Positions 10,747 through 22,954 of a stretch of DNA of 64,000 nt are shown one piece after another. The translations under genes were made by a program, and so were the position numbers. The notes beneath the pieces are model-generated. The model made no database searches. It saw nothing but the letters and a program-made list of their open reading frames with translations, and had not been told where the DNA came from. Source of the DNA: Polaribacter sp. (GTDB taxonomy: Bacteria > Bacteroidota > Bacteroidia > Flavobacteriales > Flavobacteriaceae); assembly GCA_023254055.1 (NCBI GenBank), contig JALQYN010000022.1, positions 15,263 to 79,262 of the forward strand. Reading direction: 5' to 3'. How positions within the stretch are numbered: the stretch's first letter is position 1; every line of letters begins with the position of its first letter.

Positions 10747-11268
10747 CTATTCTATTTTATGAAGTAATTCTAAGTACTTTTTTATAACTTCTATAAAGCT
10801 ATCTATGTTTTTTGGATCTTCTGAAACCACCAAATCATACAGCTTATCATTTACGTTTGCAAAACCAATTTTAAAAGTAGCCTTAGATTTTAAGGCACAA
10901 TATTCTAAGTATAAATTATGCACATCAAAATAACCGATTAACAAATCAAATGGATTGTCAATGAAGCTTTCTAAGCTTACATCTTTTACTTTTCCTGACC
11001 AATCAATATCTTTCTCTGTGAAATGTTTAAAATCTTTTGCATCAGATTTTCTAAATGCTTTAAAATAATAAACTTGCACACTTCTAATAGATTTTATATT
11101 GTAATGTATCAACTCAGCGATGTCTATTTCTTCAAATAGTTCTAGTGTTGTTAAAATTGCTACAGAATGAATTTGTTTAGAATTTGGCGTTCTAGTTTCC
11201 GGAGTTAAACTTAATTCTTTTTGAAACTTTTTTAGTAAAAATTGTTTTCTTAATTTTTCTAAAGCCAT
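10747..11268 (-). CDS. Conserved hypothetical protein (DUF6913-like)
   Basis: FDLLIGY and SKATFKIGF; usual neighbour upstream of dapA in Flavobacteria. Confidence 0.65.
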   Translation of the reverse strand: MALEKLRKQFLLKKFQKELSLTPETRTPNSKQIHSVAILTTLELFEEIDIAELIHYNIKSIRSVQVYYFKAFRKSDAKDFKHFTEKDIDWSGKVKDVSLESFIDNPFDLLIGYFDVHNLYLEYCALKSKATFKIGFANVNDKLYDLVVSEDPKNIDSFIEVIKKYLELLHKIE

Positions 11269-11398
11269 AAAATCTTAGGTTCTGAAAATTGTAATTCAAT
11301 TGCTTACAAATCTAACTAAAAAAACATTACCTCCTAAAGGAAAAAGATCTTAGTGTAAGGCGATTTTATAAGCTTCGTCTAAACATTTAAATTTTTAG

Positions 11399-11791
11399 AT
11401 GATGAAAAAAATCTTTCCCATTGTGTTAAAAGTAGTTGCAGCGTTTATAATGTTGCAAACCTTGTTTTTTAAATTTTCCGGAGCACAAGAAAGTATTCAT
11501 TTATTTACCGCAATAGCCGGAGACAATGAAGCAATTATGAGGATTGGAACCGGAACTCTAGAATTGATTGCAGCAATTCTATTTTTTGTTCCGAAGAAAA
11601 CTTGGCTAGGTGCTTTATTAACAATAGGATTAATGAGTGGAGCCATTTTATCACATATAACTATTCTAGGAATTGAATTTAACAATGATGGTGGAGCCTT
11701 ATTTATGAGCGCTATTGTAACACTCTTAGCAGGTATTATTTTATTAATTCAAAACAAAAAAGAGATTCCGTTTATAGGAAATACCCAGTAA
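11399..11791 (+). CDS. DoxX-like membrane protein
   Basis: LQTLFFKF, GAILSH; four hydrophobic segments. Confidence 0.75.
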   Translation: MMKKIFPIVLKVVAAFIMLQTLFFKFSGAQESIHLFTAIAGDNEAIMRIGTGTLELIAAILFFVPKKTWLGALLTIGLMSGAILSHITILGIEFNNDGGALFMSAIVTLLAGIILLIQNKKEIPFIGNTQ

Positions 11792-11847
11792 TATAAAATT
11801 AAGCTTTTTAATAAAGTAAAGGCGGTTTAAAATTAAAGTCGTTTTTT

Positions 11848-12516
11848 TTATTCAGTATAATTTGATTTTACAATCATTGCTTTACAAATTAAAAACTGTG
11901 CTAAAATATAGGTAATCATAATAGTTGCCCCATAAATTTCATTTGGCTGATAAAACTTATCCAACGCAATTAAACTATCAGATAAGATAAAGATAATTGC
12001 TCCAATAAACAACCATAGATTCTCTGTAGATTTTTCGCTTCTATAATTTAACAATGTTACAGATCCAAATGTAGAAATTGTAATTCCGTATATAACAACC
12101 GGAATTAACATCTCCCCTAAATTTGGGTAGATTAGAAACATTAAAACTCCGAAGAAAATCACAAATGGAAATGCAGACGATATCATCTTAACGGTTAAAT
12201 CTCTTTGCAAAAAATTGGAGGTTACTTTTATAAACACTACATGTGCCAATAAAAATGCTGAAAGCCCAAACATAAAAAAATTAGCACCATCAAACATTAG
12301 CAATACATCACCAACAAAGCATAAAAACATTCCGAAAACATACCAAAAAATTGGTTTTTTAGCGGACACTAAATAAACCATCGCTAACAATGTTAGTAGC
12401 ATTGGTTTTGCAACCGTTTGCAATGTTTCATTTGCTGTTATAATTCCCCATACATCTGCTATTGCAGCAATAAAAAATAAGGTAGTTGCGATGATAATTC
12501 TAATTTGTTTGGTCAT
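11848..12516 (-). CDS. YhhN/lysoplasmalogenase family membrane protein
   Basis: KP, GDVLL, FLLAH and FILSDSLIA motifs. Confidence 0.88.
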   Translation of the reverse strand: MTKQIRIIIATTLFFIAAIADVWGIITANETLQTVAKPMLLTLLAMVYLVSAKKPIFWYVFGMFLCFVGDVLLMFDGANFFMFGLSAFLLAHVVFIKVTSNFLQRDLTVKMISSAFPFVIFFGVLMFLIYPNLGEMLIPVVIYGITISTFGSVTLLNYRSEKSTENLWLFIGAIIFILSDSLIALDKFYQPNEIYGATIMITYILAQFLICKAMIVKSNYTE

Positions 12517-12527
12517 TTTAAAAATTT

Positions 12528-15263
<2,736 letters not shown>

Positions 15264-15279
15264 AATTTATTTACCTTTA

Positions 15280-15372
15280 TATTGTAACTATTACAATAAT
15301 GTAACATATGTTACACAGAGCTTTACACATGATATTTATCATGCTTACACTGTAAAAGCTTTGGTACTTTTG
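15280..15372 (+). promoter_or_regulatory. Promoter of the sqr operon with three palindromic operator candidates
   Basis: TATTGTAA-CTA-TTACAATA (15280-15298), TGTAACATATGTTACA (15300-15315), CATGATA-TT-TATCATG (15328-15343); -7 box TACTTTTG (15365-15372). Confidence 0.7.
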
Positions 15373-15392
15373 AACTATAAATAATTCATAAC

Positions 15393-16631
15393 ATGAAAAA
15401 TCTAGTAATATTAGGAGCAGGGACATCTGGAACAATGATGGCAAATCACTTAGTTTCTAAACTCCCTAAAGATGAATGGAAAATTACCATTGTAGATCAG
15501 TATAAAACACATTATTATCAACCAGGATTTTTATTTCTTCCTTTTGATATTTACACTACCAAACAAGTAAAAAAGAATGGTAAAAAATTCATTCCGAAAG
15601 GTGTAAATTATATTCAAGAAAAAATTGAACTCATCAAACCTGAAGAAAATAAAGTGTCGTTAGAAAATGGAGAAACTTTAAATTATGATATCTTAATTGT
15701 GGCTACGGGTACTAAAATTGCTCCAGACGAAACTGAAGGTATGGATGGACCAATGTGGCATAAAAACATTTTTGATTTCTACACCTACGAAGGCGCTAAA
15801 GCATTGCGAAACAAATTAAGAGAATGGGAAGGTGGAAAATTAGTAATTCACATTACAGAAATGCCAATTAAATGTCCGGTTGCTCCTTTAGAGTTTGCTT
15901 TCTTGGCTGATTCATTCTTTAAAAACAAAGGAATGAGAGATAAAGTAGATATTACCTTTGTAACTCCTTTAGATGGCGCTTTTACAAAACCAAAAGCAAC
16001 AGAAGCTTTGCATTATTTATTAGAGGAAAAAGGAATTAAAGAAGTGACAGATTTCAATATTGAGCGCGTAGATTATGAAAACAATAAAATAATAGATTAT
16101 GCAGATACAGAAGTTGACTATGATTTACTGGTTACAGTACCTACAAACATGGGAGATGCATTAATAGAACGTTCTGGATTAGGTGATGATTTAAATTACA
16201 TACCAACCAATAAAACAACACTACAAACAGAGGCTCATGAAAATATTTTTGCAATTGGTGACTGTACAAATTTACCGGCTTCTAAAGCGGGATCTGTAGC
16301 TCATTTTGAAGCAGAAATATTGACTGAAAATATTTTACGTTATATAGACGGTAGAGAGTTAAAAGAAGAATTTGACGGTCATGCAAACTGTTTTATAGAA
16401 ACAGGTAATGGAAAAGCGCTTTTAATTGATTTCAATTACACAACAGAACCGGTAGAAGGAACATTTCCTTTCCCTGGAGTTGGGCCTTTAAGTTTATTAA
16501 AAGAAAGCAGAACAAATCATATGGGAAAAATGGCTTTTAGATGGATTTATTGGAACATGCTTATTAAAGGAGTTCATATCCCTTTTGTTTCAGCTACAAT
16601 GAGTAAAAAAGGAAAAAAATTAGAGAATTAA
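15393..16631 (+). CDS. sqr: Sulfide:quinone oxidoreductase-like flavoprotein (type III/SqrC-like)
   Basis: GAGTSG FAD motif, YYQPG, KCPVAPLE and DGHANCFIE carrying the two catalytic Cys, IFAIGD. Confidence 0.85.
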   Translation: MKNLVILGAGTSGTMMANHLVSKLPKDEWKITIVDQYKTHYYQPGFLFLPFDIYTTKQVKKNGKKFIPKGVNYIQEKIELIKPEENKVSLENGETLNYDILIVATGTKIAPDETEGMDGPMWHKNIFDFYTYEGAKALRNKLREWEGGKLVIHITEMPIKCPVAPLEFAFLADSFFKNKGMRDKVDITFVTPLDGAFTKPKATEALHYLLEEKGIKEVTDFNIERVDYENNKIIDYADTEVDYDLLVTVPTNMGDALIERSGLGDDLNYIPTNKTTLQTEAHENIFAIGDCTNLPASKAGSVAHFEAEILTENILRYIDGRELKEEFDGHANCFIETGNGKALLIDFNYTTEPVEGTFPFPGVGPLSLLKESRTNHMGKMAFRWIYWNMLIKGVHIPFVSATMSKKGKKLEN

Positions 16632-16657
16632 TAAAAAATCAACTAAAAAATAATATC

Positions 16658-16966
16658 ATGGAAAAAACATATTTACAATCGATTATACAAATTAATGAAG
16701 AAGGTTATTTAACGGATTTTACACAATGGACAAAAGAAATTGGTGCCGAGATTGCTAAAGAGCAAGGTATTGAAATGACTGATAAACATTGGGAAGTTAT
16801 AGATTACATTCACGATAAATACAAAAATGAAGAGGCTTTATCGATTAGAGGAATTAAAAAAAGTGGAGTCATAAATATTAAAGAATTTTATGAATTATTT
16901 CCTGGAGGCCCTTTAAAGAAAGCTACCTTAATAGCAGGAATTCCGAAACCAAAAAGTTGTATCTAA
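16658..16966 (+). CDS. TusE/DsrC family sulfur relay protein (single C-terminal Cys)
   Basis: EEGYL, HWEVI, LFPGGP...AGIPKPKSCI; penultimate Cys kept, second DsrC Cys replaced by Thr. Confidence 0.9.
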   Translation: MEKTYLQSIIQINEEGYLTDFTQWTKEIGAEIAKEQGIEMTDKHWEVIDYIHDKYKNEEALSIRGIKKSGVINIKEFYELFPGGPLKKATLIAGIPKPKSCI

Positions 16967-16982
16967 TAAAAAACTAAACATC

Positions 16983-17459
16983 ATGGGAAATACAAAAGTT
17001 AGAAAAATGCTTTTCATCTTATCAAAAGCTACAATAGAAAATGTGTATGCAGCTTTTATTATGGCAAATGGAGCAAGAATGGAAGGAATTGAATCAGAAA
17101 TATTTTTTACTTTTTTTGGATTAGAAGCGATTCAAAAGAAAAAACTAGAACATTTACATGTGGCAACTGTTGGGAACCCAGCAATGCACATACCTACAAT
17201 GCTTGGAGGCCTTCCTGGAATGGAAGCATTGGCTACAAAAATGATGAAAAGTGAAATGGAAAAATTAGACATGCCACCAGTAAGTGAATTTTTAGAAATT
17301 CTTTCAGATTCTGGATGTAAACTTTGGGCTTGTAAATTAGCCGTTGAAATGTTCCATTTAGAAGAAAAAGATTTAATAGATGATTTAGACGGTATTTTAA
17401 CTATCGGCGATTTTTACAACAGAGCTGATCAAGAAAACACACATTTATTGTTTATCTAA
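16983..17459 (+). CDS. DsrE/DsrF/DrsH-like (DsrE2-type) protein
   Basis: IFFTFFGL and LWACKLAVEMF motifs; ends LLFI. Confidence 0.87.
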   Translation: MGNTKVRKMLFILSKATIENVYAAFIMANGARMEGIESEIFFTFFGLEAIQKKKLEHLHVATVGNPAMHIPTMLGGLPGMEALATKMMKSEMEKLDMPPVSEFLEILSDSGCKLWACKLAVEMFHLEEKDLIDDLDGILTIGDFYNRADQENTHLLFI

Positions 17460-17477
17460 ATTAAAATTCATAAAATG

Positions 17478-17510
17478 AAAAAGCCGAAACAAAATTGTTT
17501 CGGCTTTTTT
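17478..17510. terminator. Bidirectional intrinsic terminator
   Basis: AAAAAGCCGAAACAA-AA-TTGTTTCGGCTTTTTT between convergent genes. Confidence 0.85.
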
Positions 17511-17528
17511 ATGATCTATCTATTACTA

Positions 17529-18971
17529 CTAATAATATGTAAAACGTCTCACTTTTGCAATGTGTTTTGCCAAACGAATTACTTGATGAGAATATCCGTA
17601 TTCGTTATCATACCACACATAAATTACAATACTATTTCCGTCTGTAATTGTTGCTTTACTATCAAAAATTGATGGCGCAGAACATCCTACAATATCAGAA
17701 GATACCAACTCATTATCAACAGAATATTTAATTTGCTCTACTAAACTTCCTTCTAAGGCATATTTCTTCATAATTGCATTTACAGATTCTACAGTTACAT
17801 CAGAATGTAATTGTAAACTCAAGATTGCTAATGACCCGTTAGGAACAGGAACACGAATAGCGTTAGATGTTAATTTTCCTGCTAATGCTGGTAATGCCTT
17901 TGCTACTGCAGCTCCGGCTCCAGTTTCTGTAATTACCATGTTTAAAGCAGCTGCTCTACCTCTACGATATTTACTATGCATATTATCAACCAAATTTTGA
18001 TCGTTTGTATACGCATGTATGGTTTCTAAATGTCCTTTATTAATTCCGAAATTATCTTCCAAAACTTTTAATACTGGTGTAATTGCATTGGTTGTGCAAG
18101 AAGCTGCAGAAAAAATATCGATTTCATCTGGATTGTTTTCTTTATGATTTACACCATGTACTATATTTGGAACTCCTTTTCCTGGTGCCGTTAATAATAC
18201 TTTACTTGCTCCTTTTGCAACTAAATGTCTACTTAATGCTTCTTTATCTCTAAAAGCTCCCGTATTATCAATAATTAAGGCATTATCAATTCCGTATGCA
18301 GTATAATCAATATCTTCTGGCTGATTTGCAGAAATCATATAAACTGTCATACCGTTAATGATTAATGCATTATTTTCTACATCAACCTCAACTGTTCCTT
18401 TAAAATCTCCATGAACAGAATCAATACTTAATAACGATGCTCTTTTTTCTAAAACTGTTTGATCAATTTTACCACGAGTTACAACTGCTCTCAATCTAAG
18501 TTGAGAACCTTTACCCATTTTGTTCATTAACTCACGTGCTAACAAACGACCAATTCTACCAAATCCGTATAAAACAACGTCTTTTGGCTCGATAGCTCCG
18601 TTGTCTTTTGCTCCGCTTAGCTGTTTTTTTACAAAGGCTAATTTATCTTCACAATCACTTTCATTTAATTGGCATTCGTAGGCTAACTTTCCGATATCTA
18701 ATTTAGATGCTGGCAACTCTAATTCTTGAATTGCTCTTGCAATATCTAAGGCATCAAAAATTGTAATTGGTTTTGCTACAAACTCTTTTGCATAGTTGAT
18801 TAAATTTAAAACTTCGCTCGTATGTTTATCTATTAATTGATTTCTAAACAATACCAATTCTATAGATTTATCATACCACAAATCGTTTACGATATTGATA
18901 AAATCTACTGTAGCTCTACGAGTTTGTACCTGTGAAGATACTTGATCTTCATAATTTGTTGTTGTTGACAT
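17529..18971 (-). CDS. gap: Glyceraldehyde-3-phosphate dehydrogenase, long type with N-terminal extension
   Basis: GFGRIGR, ASCTTN and WYDNEYGY; roughly 130-aa extension; probable start MSTTT at 18971. Confidence 0.93.
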   Translation of the reverse strand: MSTTTNYEDQVSSQVQTRRATVDFINIVNDLWYDKSIELVLFRNQLIDKHTSEVLNLINYAKEFVAKPITIFDALDIARAIQELELPASKLDIGKLAYECQLNESDCEDKLAFVKKQLSGAKDNGAIEPKDVVLYGFGRIGRLLARELMNKMGKGSQLRLRAVVTRGKIDQTVLEKRASLLSIDSVHGDFKGTVEVDVENNALIINGMTVYMISANQPEDIDYTAYGIDNALIIDNTGAFRDKEALSRHLVAKGASKVLLTAPGKGVPNIVHGVNHKENNPDEIDIFSAASCTTNAITPVLKVLEDNFGINKGHLETIHAYTNDQNLVDNMHSKYRRGRAAALNMVITETGAGAAVAKALPALAGKLTSNAIRVPVPNGSLAILSLQLHSDVTVESVNAIMKKYALEGSLVEQIKYSVDNELVSSDIVGCSAPSIFDSKATITDGNSIVIYVWYDNEYGYSHQVIRLAKHIAKVRRFTYY

Positions 18972-19053
18972 AGTTGTGTTATATCTGTTGTTTTTCAAAT
19001 TTGGTGCAAAAATACTTATTTCTATCGATTTGATTACTATGTTTTATAAAATA

Positions 19054-19087
19054 AAAATCTCGCTTTTACTATCAAAAGCGAGATTTT
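19054..19087 (-). terminator. Intrinsic terminator after htrA
   Basis: AAAATCTCGCTTTT-N6-AAAAGCGAGATTTT. Confidence 0.75.
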
Positions 19088-19108
19088 AAAAAACTATAAT
19101 TAACCTAT

Positions 19109-20488
19109 CTATCTAAGGTAATATTTTACGATTTCTCCATCTAAATCAATCATTTCTATGGTAACAGAATATCTTTTCTGAGAATCTAAAAAGGTTGCTA
19201 ATTGTGCAGCACTAACTACTTTTTTATTATTAATCTTCGTAATTATAAATCCTTTAATACTCGAACCATCTGTTCGTTGAGAATAATCTTCTGCTATTTT
19301 TACACCATAAGAAATTCCTAATTTTTTCATTTCTGGTTTTGTCAAATCTTTTAAATCTAAACGATAATTCTCTGACCTGTAAACATCTTTTTTAGAAAGT
19401 TTTACCTTTTTATTTAACAAAGAACCATTTCTATCAATAGTAACATCTACAAAATCTCCAGGGCGTTTTGCTTTCAACTGTCCAGCTAAATCAGAAAACT
19501 TAGAAATCTTTACATTGTTTACTTTCCTAATAATATCACCAATTTTTAAACCTCCTTTTTTAGCACCACTATTCTCTGGTAATCCACCAATTCTTACACC
19601 TTCTTCAGAGTATGTTGCATCCACATTAATTCCTAAAACCGACTGTTGCACTCTTCCAAACTCCATTAAATCTTCAATTACTTTTTTAGCTATATTTGAA
19701 GGGACTGCAAAAGAATAACCAACAAAAGAACCTGTTTTAGATGTTATTGCTGTGTTAATTCCAACTAATTCTCCACGAGTATTTACCAAGGCACCTCCAC
19801 TATTTCCTGGATTTACAGCGGCATCTGTCTGAATAAACGAGTCTGTAACCCTCCCATTTCCTTTTAAATCTCTTCCTTTTGCACTTACAATTCCTGCTGT
19901 TACAGTAGAAGTTAAATTGTATGGATTTCCAACAGCCAATACCCATTCTCCAATTTTTAATGCGTCAGAATTTGCAAATGGAATATAAGGCAACTTCATA
20001 TCTGCATCTATTTTTAACAAAGCAATATCATTTTCTGGATCTGTTCCAATCAATTTAGCTTTATATTTCTTTTGATTATTTAAAGTTACTTCTAAATCAG
20101 ATGCTCCATCTATTACATGGTTATTTGTCACAATAAAACCATCTTCAGAGATAATCACTCCACTTCCTGTTCCAACTTGTTCATATTTTCTTGTCCCGCT
20201 TCCTCTACCATAAAACAATTCGGCCCAAGGATCAGATTGTGTTTTAATTGCTGTATTTTTTACATGTACAACAGAATGTATTGTTTTTTCTGCTGCTTCG
20301 GTAAAATTAGTTGGCGAATTTGTTGCCGGTAAATTTGTATTTGAAAAACTTGTTTTTACGACTTGTGCAGAAGGCTCAACCGTTCGTTCTATAACAACCT
20401 GTGGCTTTTCTATAAATACTTTATAACCGCCAAGAGTTAACATTCCCCCTAAAATTGCAATACTTAATAAACTTGCTGCTTTTTTCAT
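19109..20488 (-). CDS. htrA: HtrA/DegP/DegQ serine protease with PDZ domains
   Basis: TNNHV, DIALLK and GNSGG catalytic triad; C-terminal PDZ domains. Confidence 0.93.
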   Translation of the reverse strand: MKKAASLLSIAILGGMLTLGGYKVFIEKPQVVIERTVEPSAQVVKTSFSNTNLPATNSPTNFTEAAEKTIHSVVHVKNTAIKTQSDPWAELFYGRGSGTRKYEQVGTGSGVIISEDGFIVTNNHVIDGASDLEVTLNNQKKYKAKLIGTDPENDIALLKIDADMKLPYIPFANSDALKIGEWVLAVGNPYNLTSTVTAGIVSAKGRDLKGNGRVTDSFIQTDAAVNPGNSGGALVNTRGELVGINTAITSKTGSFVGYSFAVPSNIAKKVIEDLMEFGRVQQSVLGINVDATYSEEGVRIGGLPENSGAKKGGLKIGDIIRKVNNVKISKFSDLAGQLKAKRPGDFVDVTIDRNGSLLNKKVKLSKKDVYRSENYRLDLKDLTKPEMKKLGISYGVKIAEDYSQRTDGSSIKGFIITKINNKKVVSAAQLATFLDSQKRYSVTIEMIDLDGEIVKYYLR

Positions 20489-20513
20489 ATTATTATTATT
20501 TTTTAGAACTATT

Positions 20514-20619
20514 CAAATATACGATTTTAACATTTTACAAAAATTTGTTTTAACTGCATTTTAACGATTTTTAACCGAGCTTTAACAAACTTTATTCAGC
20601 AGATAAATTGCTATATTTG
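20514..20619. promoter_or_regulatory. Divergent htrA/dapF promoters with phased TTTAAC repeats
   Basis: TATATTTG on - strand (20514-20521) and + strand (20612-20619); TTTAAC at 20526, 20549, 20560, 20570 and 20581. Confidence 0.6.
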
Positions 20620-20625
20620 TTCCTT

Positions 20626-21399
20626 ATGAATATCACTTTTTATAAATACGAAGGAACTGGAAATGATTTTATCATGATTGATAATAGAGATACATTATTT
20701 CCTAAAGAGAACAGTCATTTAGTTCATAAATTGTGTGATCGTCATTTTGGTATAGGAGCTGACGGAATCATTTTGTTAGAAACGGATGTAGAGGCTGATT
20801 TTAAAATGGTGTACTACAATGCTGATGGTAATGAAGGAACGATGTGTGGAAATGGCGGAAGATGTATTGTCGCTTTTGCGAATAAACTAGATGTTATTTC
20901 TAACAAAACGACTTTCAACGCTGTTGATGGTATACATCATGCTACCATAGAAAATAAGTTAGTTTCACTACAAATGATTGATGTAAAAACAGTAGAAGTT
21001 CACAACAACTATGTTTTTACAAACACGGGATCACCTCATCATGTTCAATTGGTTGAGAATTTAACTGATTATGATGTAGTTACTAATGGCAAGAAAATAC
21101 GAGATAATTATGGAGATGAAGGAAGCAATGTTAATTTTGTACAACAACTAAATGATACCACTTTTAAAGTTAGAACTTACGAACGTGGTGTAGAAGACGA
21201 AACGTTGGCTTGCGGAACAGGTGTTACAGCTGTAGCAATAGCAATGCACAAAACAAATAAAACAAAAGCAACCAATATTAAATTGCCTGTTTTGGGAGGA
21301 GAATTAGAAGTTTCTTTCAACGTAGAGAACGAACACTATAAGAACGTGTTTTTAAAAGGTCCTGCAACTTTTGTTTTTAAAGGAATAATTGAAATTTAA
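20626..21399 (+). CDS. dapF: Diaminopimelate epimerase (probable start at 20626)
   Basis: GTGNDF, MCGNGGRC, GSPH and ERGVEDETLACGTG motifs. Confidence 0.96.
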   Translation: MNITFYKYEGTGNDFIMIDNRDTLFPKENSHLVHKLCDRHFGIGADGIILLETDVEADFKMVYYNADGNEGTMCGNGGRCIVAFANKLDVISNKTTFNAVDGIHHATIENKLVSLQMIDVKTVEVHNNYVFTNTGSPHHVQLVENLTDYDVVTNGKKIRDNYGDEGSNVNFVQQLNDTTFKVRTYERGVEDETLACGTGVTAVAIAMHKTNKTKATNIKLPVLGGELEVSFNVENEHYKNVFLKGPATFVFKGIIEI

Positions 21400-21923
21400 T
21401 GAATACTTTAAAAGGAAATAACATACGCTTAAGGGCCTTAGAACCTGAAGACCTTCAATTTTTGTTTGACACAGAAAACGATGAATCTTTTTGGGAAGTT
21501 AGCCATACACAAACTCCTTTTTCTAAATTTTTATTAAAACAATACTTAGAAAATGCTCATTTAGACATTTTTGAAGCCAAACAACTACGTTTAATCATTG
21601 AAGAGCAAAATACCCATCAACCTATTGGAATGATTGATCTTTTTGATTTTAACGCCCAACACAAAAGAGCCGGAATTGGAATTTTAATTCAGAAAGTGCA
21701 TCAACAAAAAGGTTTTGCTTCTGAAGCCTTAGGATTATTAATTCAGTATTGTTTTACACATTTAGGTTTGCATCAATTGTATGCAAATATCACATCAGAC
21801 AACAAGAAAAGTAGTTCGCTTTTTGCAAAACATCAATTTAAAGTAATTGGCACAAAAAAAGATTGGATTTTTTCGAATAATACATTTAAAGACGAGATTT
21901 TATACCAACTAATTCATGAATAA
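21399..21923 (+). CDS. GNAT (RimJ/RimL-like) acetyltransferase
   Basis: LRALEPED, QQKGFA and LHQLY motifs. Confidence 0.87.
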   Translation: MNTLKGNNIRLRALEPEDLQFLFDTENDESFWEVSHTQTPFSKFLLKQYLENAHLDIFEAKQLRLIIEEQNTHQPIGMIDLFDFNAQHKRAGIGILIQKVHQQKGFASEALGLLIQYCFTHLGLHQLYANITSDNKKSSSLFAKHQFKVIGTKKDWIFSNNTFKDEILYQLIHE

Positions 21924-22950
21924 AAAGAATCTGATTTTACTGATTTTAAGTCTTTTAATTATTACTGGTGGAGTTATAGCTTACAACATTTATGGTAAAA
22001 TTTACAAACCCAATGTTGTTAAAGATGGATTTATTTTTATAAAAACCAATAGTACTTTAACAGATGTAGAAAATGAAATTAGCCCCTTTTTAAAACAGGT
22101 AAAATCTTTTGCTTGGGTAGCAAAAAGAAAAAATTATCAAGAAGCAATTAAGCCTGGTAAATACAAAATAATAAAAGGTTTTTCAAATAATGATATCATT
22201 AATGTATTACGAAGCGGACAGCAAACACCAACACTAGTTGTATTTAATAATCAACATACTTTAGAAGATTTATCAGGCAGAGTTGCCGAGCAAATAGAAG
22301 CAGATTCAATTTCAATTTTGAATGCCATGACAGATGTTGTTTTTCTAGAAAAAAATCAATTTACTTTAAAATCTGCATTAGGAATGTACGTTCCAAACAG
22401 CTATGAGTTTTATTGGAATACAACCGCTGAACAATTTAGAGATAGAATGTTTATAGAGTACAATCGTTTTTGGAATGAAAAGAGAGAAAATGAAGCTAAA
22501 AAACTAAATTTAAGCAGAACAAAGGTTATTGCCTTGGCATCTATTGTGCAAAAAGAAACTGCAAAAATTTCTGAGAGGCCAATTGTTGCTGGATTATATC
22601 TAAACAGGTTAAAACGTGGTTGGCCATTACAAGCGGACCCAACAATAATTTATGCTTTAAAAGAAAAACATGGTAAAGATTTTATGGTCAAGCGTGTTTT
22701 GAAAAAAGATTTAAAAATAAACTCACCTTATAATACTTATAAGAACAGGGGAATTCCGCCTACCTTAATAGCAATGCCAGACATTTCTTCCATTGATGCA
22801 GTTTTGTTTTCAAAAAAACACAACTATTTTTACATGTGTGCTAGTGTTGAAAAAATTGGATACCATGAATTTGCAAATACGTTAAGTCAGCATAATAGAA
22901 ATGCCAGGAAATATCAACGCTGGATTAGCGACAAAGGGATTAATAGATAA
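21916..22950 (+). CDS. mltG: Endolytic transglycosylase MltG
   Basis: LASIVQKE, LQADPT and SPYNTY motifs; N-terminal TM helix. Confidence 0.95.
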   Translation: MNKKNLILLILSLLIITGGVIAYNIYGKIYKPNVVKDGFIFIKTNSTLTDVENEISPFLKQVKSFAWVAKRKNYQEAIKPGKYKIIKGFSNNDIINVLRSGQQTPTLVVFNNQHTLEDLSGRVAEQIEADSISILNAMTDVVFLEKNQFTLKSALGMYVPNSYEFYWNTTAEQFRDRMFIEYNRFWNEKRENEAKKLNLSRTKVIALASIVQKETAKISERPIVAGLYLNRLKRGWPLQADPTIIYALKEKHGKDFMVKRVLKKDLKINSPYNTYKNRGIPPTLIAMPDISSIDAVLFSKKHNYFYMCASVEKIGYHEFANTLSQHNRNARKYQRWISDKGINR

Positions 22951-22954
22951 TTTA

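Noticed and set aside
17529-18971. GAPDH with a long N-terminal extension as a novelty
   Set aside because: A known long GAPDH subfamily that is widespread in Bacteroidota and Proteobacteria.
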